Source: Candidatus Saccharimonadia bacterium (GTDB taxonomy: Bacteria; Patescibacteriota; Saccharimonadia; Saccharimonadales; CALFBO01). Taken from it: a stretch of DNA of 39,702 bases. Where the stretch lies: the NCBI GenBank assembly GCA_937951635.1, contig CALFBO010000023.1:1-39702 (forward strand). The letters are read 5' to 3'. Made by a program: the position numbers and the translations under genes. Under the pieces are notes generated by a model. It was not told the DNA's origin and made no database searches. It worked only from the letters and a program-made list of their open reading frames with translations. Below are positions 34,829-39,702 of the stretch, one piece after another. Within the stretch, counting starts at the first letter, position 1, and every line of letters starts with the position of its first letter.

Positions 34829-36064
34829 CTAGCCCAAATTCTCGGGTTCAATGGAGTCATTATCAAGCTGCTGAAGCACCTGCTCTTCAAGCGTCTTTTG
34901 ACCCATGTACCTGATGAAAACCTCGTTCCAGAGAGACTCTCTAAAATGGTATATGTATCTGTCTGCGTAGCTGATGCCGTTGGCAAAACTAAATAACACG
35001 TCCCATAGGTTCATTGTTAGGGGTTTGCCATCATACATTTTTCCAACGTAATCTAAATTACTCCAAAACTTTAGTTCAGGATCTACTGCATATAAAACTT
35101 CTTCAGCATGCCTCCAATGCAGGTCTTCAGGCTGTACGTGGGGCTCAAATTGCTCAGGATGATATTCGTCTTTGAGACGGCCATAGTAGCGTTGTATGAC
35201 CCGCCAATGTATTGTTTGTCCGGCCATTAGAGGCACATCTGATGTGTCTGCGATTAAAGTGTCTACAATTATCTGTCCGAAGTTGTTTGATTTTTGCTTT
35301 AACTTAAAGAACGCAGAGTAAAGCCTTATTTCATTAAAGTAGTGGTATATCAGGCTCAAGACTTTGGTTGTTACGCCGGGCATCTCGCTAATTGGAGATG
35401 GCAAAACTAAAACTACGCCAAGCTCTTTGAGGTGAGTGTTAAAGTGACGCTTCTTTTTGACGAAATGTTCGGCAATATCACCCCATCGGTCCTTAGGCAT
35501 CACTACGATTTTGATCTCTCTAGTCTCGAAGTCGCCAGGTGTTATCTTTGCATAATTTTCGTTAAATTCGTTAAGCCAGTCTTCTGACTCAGCAAACCTT
35601 AGTGCACCGTAAATTTCATAGAGATTTTCTTTCTCTAGCATTTCATCAACTGACTCGTAGCCAAGTCGTTGCATAATGCTTGCCGGTGGGGTTTGTCGCA
35701 AGAAATTCTTTGCAACCTCATCTTTTAAAACCCAGCAGTCACGTGGCATTTTGGTTTTGTTGACAGTGTCTATCGCTAACGGCACCATTTCGTCAACGTT
35801 GTAAATGTTTTGGCCGCCTATTTGCTTAGCCAGGTGCTCATCATGCTCTTTAGCTTTATTGAGTAGTGCGGCATAGATTTCTTCACCTGTGCTGTCAACA
35901 GGATCTAAGCCAAGCTGCTTAACACGATCATTAAATGTTTCGACAATATCGGCAGTAAGTTTTACATCCACAGCTTTTTTGCCGCTAGCTTTTTCGAGCT
36001 GATCGAGAGCCTGCGTAAACAGCGGGTCTTTTGCCTTGAGTAGATCTACGAGTAGTTTTGACAT
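34829..36064 (-). CDS. Hypothetical 411-aa cytoplasmic protein with no family recognised
   Basis: Long ORF with AAGGAA 6 nt upstream of ATG 36064. Its stop lies 2 nt from the start of the LOG-like gene. It has no TM and is rich in W/H/Y (HWRVIQRYYGRL, LHWRHAEEVLY). Confidence 0.6.
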   Translation of the reverse strand: MSKLLVDLLKAKDPLFTQALDQLEKASGKKAVDVKLTADIVETFNDRVKQLGLDPVDSTGEEIYAALLNKAKEHDEHLAKQIGGQNIYNVDEMVPLAIDTVNKTKMPRDCWVLKDEVAKNFLRQTPPASIMQRLGYESVDEMLEKENLYEIYGALRFAESEDWLNEFNENYAKITPGDFETREIKIVVMPKDRWGDIAEHFVKKKRHFNTHLKELGVVLVLPSPISEMPGVTTKVLSLIYHYFNEIRLYSAFFKLKQKSNNFGQIIVDTLIADTSDVPLMAGQTIHWRVIQRYYGRLKDEYHPEQFEPHVQPEDLHWRHAEEVLYAVDPELKFWSNLDYVGKMYDGKPLTMNLWDVLFSFANGISYADRYIYHFRESLWNEVFIRYMGQKTLEEQVLQQLDNDSIEPENLG

Positions 36065-36268
36065 CTATTTCCTTTTTGTTTGAAATTACTTAGTATTATT
36101 TTACCACAAAGCTTGTGCTTGCGCCCAGATCTGACCATAACCACTTAACCACCCAAACAACCAATAAAAGAGAGATCCCGACACCCTCTAGAGCTATGCT
36201 CTTAAGGGTTGGCGTCCCATCTGCCGAAGGCTGGGAGGGGGATCACGAAGCATAAGCGAAGTCTAAGG

Positions 36269-36286
36269 GGGAGGAGTCACCTCCTC
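36269..36286. other. Perfect 7-bp GC/purine hairpin GGAGGAG-TCAC-CTCCTCC inside the 496-nt gap
   Basis: Read directly from the sequence. Flanking TAAGG/CCTTAA extends the stem with a bulge. Confidence 0.4.
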
Positions 36287-36364
36287 CTTAATAGCGAACG
36301 TGGTGGCGGTTACAGCGGATGCGGTTGACCCAGACGAACCTTTTGACATCACTCTACAACATAC

Positions 36365-36384
36365 CATTCCTGCCTTCGCAGGAA
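36365..36384. repeat. Third copy of the REP-like hairpin unit (ATTCCTGC-CTTC-GCAGGAAC)
   Basis: It matches the units at 21227-21249 and 21272-21292. The consensus is TTCCTGCCTTCGCAGGAATGACG. Confidence 0.6.
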
Positions 36385-36560
36385 CAACGATTGTTGCAGC
36401 TATAGCCAAAAACCTGTCTGTTGTTGAGCGCTGGATTACAGGCATTATGGGTGGTATCTGACGACAAACATATTCGCATATTATGACGAAGAGGCAAAGA
36501 CCAGTTACGACCTGTAGGCGCCTTCAAAAAGTGTTGGGTTTGTTTTACGGGAGACTGCAG

Positions 36561-37538
36561 CTATACGTCGCGGGTGCTAATATCCATGCCATGCAACTCG
36601 GTACTTGCATGCAATATGCCTTTTTTTGCACCTACAAATTGCACTACCGATGTTGAGTTTGCAGACCCCAAAATTATGGCGTCTTCCATTGACCCGCCCT
36701 TAGCTATTGCCGCTACAAAGCCCGAGGCAAAAGCATCGCCAGCTCCAAGTCTATCTATAACCGGCACATCTTCATACATGCCTGCCCTGCACACCCTTTG
36801 GCCATCAGACGTTGCTACACCATTTGGGCCATCGGTGACTACTGCTACACCACCAGATAGACGCGACATATTAATAGCTAGCTCCTCGAGGCTATCGCCA
36901 CCGACCAGGGTTTGAGTTTCTTCTTTATTGGCAGAAAATACATCCACACCCGCAGCAATTTTCTTAAGCCAATCGGTTTGCTTGAGTTCTCCCGACCCCG
37001 GTATAAGAGCAACTTTCATGTGCTTTGATTTGGCAGCGCTAACAAGATGCTCAATCACATCCATGGAACCCGCCATGCTTGTTACAAAAAGCCAATCCGA
37101 ATTTAATTTTGATACATCAAAGTTTTCTTTACGGTAGTGGGTAGATGCACCCCTATAAACCAAAACTACTCTTTCACCAGTAGGCGAAATTAATATTGAA
37201 GAGTAGCCGGTTTGAAATTTTTTTGAATACACCAATCCCGATACGTCAACTTTTTCTTGTTTTAAGTCTGTTACTACGGCCTGTCCTGCGGGATCGTGCC
37301 CAATCTTGCCCATGAATACAGACCGCAGTCCTTGACGAGCAAACGTCACTGCGCCATTGGTTGCACCGCCACCTGTGCTAAAAGTGACTTCGTCTACTTC
37401 GTATTTGCCACCGAGCTTAAATTCTTCTACTAACTCACCGTTTTCATTTTGAGGCGTGAATACCTTGCCCCCAAGCAAAACATCTTGCACTGCACCACCA
37501 ACACTAGTCATAGAAATAGTATCGGACTGCTGGCTCAT
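36561..37538 (-). CDS. PfkB-family carbohydrate kinase (ribokinase/phosphofructokinase-B-like)
   Basis: 325 aa with the N-terminal GGGATNGAVTFARQG motif and the C-terminal signature DRLGAGDAFASGF. It has an ATGA overlap with the aldolase gene. Confidence 0.85.
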   Translation of the reverse strand: MSQQSDTISMTSVGGAVQDVLLGGKVFTPQNENGELVEEFKLGGKYEVDEVTFSTGGGATNGAVTFARQGLRSVFMGKIGHDPAGQAVVTDLKQEKVDVSGLVYSKKFQTGYSSILISPTGERVVLVYRGASTHYRKENFDVSKLNSDWLFVTSMAGSMDVIEHLVSAAKSKHMKVALIPGSGELKQTDWLKKIAAGVDVFSANKEETQTLVGGDSLEELAINMSRLSGGVAVVTDGPNGVATSDGQRVCRAGMYEDVPVIDRLGAGDAFASGFVAAIAKGGSMEDAIILGSANSTSVVQFVGAKKGILHASTELHGMDISTRDV

Positions 37539-38455
37539 ACCTGGGCCTTCCCAGCACTACCAAAGGTGTCGATCTTTTCTTCAACCACCTGTTGGACGGC
37601 CTGGAACACTTCGGGCATCAGTTTCATTACCGCATATTGGTCTGGATTTTCTTTTAAAACTTTCTCTAGAGTGGTCCTAAACGCTATTCGCATGTCGGAA
37701 TTGATATTAACTTTTTCTACACCAACTTTAGCTGCTTCTTCAAAAAAGTGACCAGGGGTTCCGCTGCCGCCGTGCAAGCTAATATTGCAACTTATCGCTT
37801 CGCGAATTCTTCGAAGTAAATCTATATCTAACTGTTTTGGAACTGGATACTTACCGTGCAAGTTACCAATTGCAGCTGCAAAAGTATCAATACCTGTGGT
37901 GTCTACGAATTCTCGTGCACCCTCGGGAGTAGAAAATGTCTTTCGAATCTCTTCATAATCGATCGCTTCGTCATGCATATTGGAGCTTCCACCAAAATAA
38001 TGAGGTTCGGACTCAACCAAGGCCCCAGTAAATTTTGCGTACTCCACCACCTGCCTAGTTTCGTCAACGATTTCGTCATAAGATGCATCTTTACGTGCCT
38101 GCGATATGTCTATGTGAATAAACTCAAACCCTGCATCAATACCGCGCTTGGCAGCTTCCACGCTGGGCGAATGATCGAGATTTATAAACATCTCTAAGCC
38201 ATACTCTACTTTGTAGTTGTCCACCATATCGCGAATATTGTCGATACCTACTGCTTGAACCTCGCCATTGCTAACCTCTACCATTACCGGGGATTGTTTG
38301 GCTTGTGCAGCACGGCATATGGCAATTAGAGTCTCCTGGTTATCTATGTTGAACGCACCAACTGCAAAACGATCTTGCTTGGCTCTCTCCATAAGCCTTC
38401 TGGCGTTTGCGGTACTGTTTCGTATTTCAGCTATCGTTAGTGACATGTATCCCAC
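37535..38455 (-). CDS. fba: Class II fructose/tagatose-bisphosphate aldolase
   Basis: 306 aa with FAVGAFNIDN, INLDHS, IHIDIS and SLHGGSGTP, which are class II (metal-dependent) aldolase motifs. Confidence 0.88.
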   Translation of the reverse strand: MGYMSLTIAEIRNSTANARRLMERAKQDRFAVGAFNIDNQETLIAICRAAQAKQSPVMVEVSNGEVQAVGIDNIRDMVDNYKVEYGLEMFINLDHSPSVEAAKRGIDAGFEFIHIDISQARKDASYDEIVDETRQVVEYAKFTGALVESEPHYFGGSSNMHDEAIDYEEIRKTFSTPEGAREFVDTTGIDTFAAAIGNLHGKYPVPKQLDIDLLRRIREAISCNISLHGGSGTPGHFFEEAAKVGVEKVNINSDMRIAFRTTLEKVLKENPDQYAVMKLMPEVFQAVQQVVEEKIDTFGSAGKAQV

Positions 38456-38479
38456 CTATCTTTTTATCTACACTTAATT

Positions 38480-39469
38480 TTATTGTCGGCCTATTTCTTT
38501 CATTAATTTATGCGCGGTACTCTGGATGTCCTTGGCATTTAACTTAAACAGGTCCATGAGCTCACTTGGCGTACCAGATTCACCAAAACGATCTCGAATA
38601 CCCATTCTGCGCAGCGGAGCAGGGTTGTTTTCGGCTAGCAGTTCTGCAACAGCACCACCAAGCCCCCCCGTAATTTGGGCTTCTTCTATGGTTATTACTG
38701 CGCCAGTTTTAACTACGCTTTCGTTAATAGTGATGGCATCTAGCGGCTTAATGACTGGAACATGTATCACCTCGGCGTCGATGCCGTCCTTATATAGTCG
38801 CTCTGCCGCCAAGAGCGCCTGGAAAGTCATTGTGCCGGTAGATACTATGGTTAAATCTTTACCCGGGCTCAAAACAAATGCTCTAGCCAAACTAAACGGG
38901 GTTTTAGAACTTGTAAAAACTGGAGTGGCTTCTCTGGCCAAACGCATATAGGCAGGCCTATCGTCCTCTGCCAGAGCCAGTGTAGCCTTTTCGGCCTCGA
39001 TTGCATCGCCCGGTGCTACGACCACCATATTTGGTAGCACGCGCATCATGGCGATATCTTCGAGCATTTGGTGGGTAGCCCCATCGGGCCCCACGGATAT
39101 TCCTGCGTGCGATCCAATAATTTTTACCGGGACATTATTAAGGCAGATTGTGGTTCGAATCTGTTCCCAGTTGCGCCCTGGGTTAAAGGCGGCGTAAGAA
39201 GACACGAAAGGTAGCTTACCCATGGCGGCCATGCCCGAACCCACAGTAACTAAGTTTTGCTCTGCGACACCAATCTCCACAAAACGCTCTGGGAAAACTT
39301 CCTTGAAGGCCTGCATCCTGGTGGAATCAGCAAGATCGGCGCAAAGGGCAACAACTTGGTCATTTCTACGGCCAGCCTCGACTAAGCCACGACCAAAACC
39401 ATTTCTAGTAGGTTCTGATTCTACTTTTGATCCTGTGAGATTTTCTACAAGGTATAATCCGGCAGCCAT
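38480..39469 (-). CDS. Transketolase, C-terminal (pyrimidine-binding + C-domain) subunit
   Basis: 329 aa with GVAEQNLVTVGSGMA and HAGISVGPDGATHQ. It has a TAATG overlap with the upstream N-terminal subunit gene. Confidence 0.9.
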   Translation of the reverse strand: MAAGLYLVENLTGSKVESEPTRNGFGRGLVEAGRRNDQVVALCADLADSTRMQAFKEVFPERFVEIGVAEQNLVTVGSGMAAMGKLPFVSSYAAFNPGRNWEQIRTTICLNNVPVKIIGSHAGISVGPDGATHQMLEDIAMMRVLPNMVVVAPGDAIEAEKATLALAEDDRPAYMRLAREATPVFTSSKTPFSLARAFVLSPGKDLTIVSTGTMTFQALLAAERLYKDGIDAEVIHVPVIKPLDAITINESVVKTGAVITIEEAQITGGLGGAVAELLAENNPAPLRRMGIRDRFGESGTPSELMDLFKLNAKDIQSTAHKLMKEIGRQ

Positions 39470-39702
39470 TATTCGTGCTCTCCTTTTATCTTTCCATCCA
39501 ATGTTCTTAATTTATGGAGGGCTTTTTGGGCTTCGTCTGTCTTTGGTGCTACCCCATGCCAATGAAAATCAAACTCCATAAAATCCACCCCCTTACCAGG
39601 AATGGTGTGCGCCAGTATTGCCACGGGCTTCTCGACAATGGCCCTAGCCATGGAACAGGCGTCAATAATTGCTTCGATGTTATGTCCATCGATATCTATT
39701 AC
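39469..39702 (-). CDS. Transketolase, N-terminal (TPP-binding) subunit, 3' end only; the 5' end is beyond the right window edge
   Basis: The frame stays open to 39702. The track shows only the last 60 aa, starting from an internal Met (AILAHTIPGKGVDFMEFDFHWHGVAP). Confidence 0.8.
   Translation of the reverse strand, partial: VIDIDGHNIEAIIDACSMARAIVEKPVAILAHTIPGKGVDFMEFDFHWHGVAPKTDEAQKALHKLRTLDGKIKGEHE

Noticed and set aside
36263-36445. 60-aa minus-strand ORF in the 496-nt spacer
   Set aside because: It reads through the REP-like hairpin (VVPAKAGM) and the GC-rich hairpins. It has no SD and a low-complexity S/T/A composition, so it is probably spurious.

Overview
This is a gene-dense chromosomal window from a small-genome bacterium. 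Most genes are on the minus strand and are packed with 1-4 nt start/stop overlaps (ATGA, TAATG). TGA therefore acts as a stop, which indicates the standard bacterial genetic code. The gene content is almost all housekeeping. Left to right it holds: recG (truncated at the left edge), a class A PBP, PIN/TRAM (yacL-like), radA, an HExxH membrane protein, clpC, nusA, M1 aminopeptidase N, yraN, rnhB, rplS, an orphan pilB-like ATPase, a SpoU/TrmH methyltransferase, an acidic FAS1/thrombospondin-type-3 surface protein, a CAP/SCP-domain protein with a coupled small membrane protein, dnaE preceded by three small membrane/stress proteins, gatC-gatA-orf133-gatB, uvrB, a LOG/TIGR00725-like protein with an unknown 411-aa partner, and a pfkB kinase / class II aldolase / split transketolase operon (truncated at the right edge). 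This content fits a Patescibacteria/CPR (Saccharibacteria-like) organism: split transketolase, PfkB+FBA, a type IV pilus ATPase, ribosomal protein tails and no biosynthetic genes in 40 kb. That placement is inference only, because no search was possible. I found no rRNA, no intact tRNA, no CRISPR array and no transposase or integrase. The unusual signal is in the non-coding DNA. (1) A ~26-bp motif (TAGTTTTGTnATTGGGGTnnCTATA) recurs in at least seven intergenic positions. Two inverted copies form the ends of a 111-bp palindromic element, which has a diverged second copy. (2) A REP-like hairpin (TTCCTGC-CTTC-GCAGGAA) occurs three times. (3) Several TGnTAnAAT promoters lie 9-12 nt from SD-less start codons, suggesting leaderless mRNAs. 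(4) A 638-nt convergent gap holds GC-rich stacked helices and an orphan tRNA 3' half. (5) A 496-nt gap remains unassigned. Among the coding regions, the items worth follow-up are the membrane ORF coupled inside gatCAB, the HExxH gene inserted in the clpC-radA-yacL block, and the LOG-like/unknown gene pair next to the pentose-phosphate operon.
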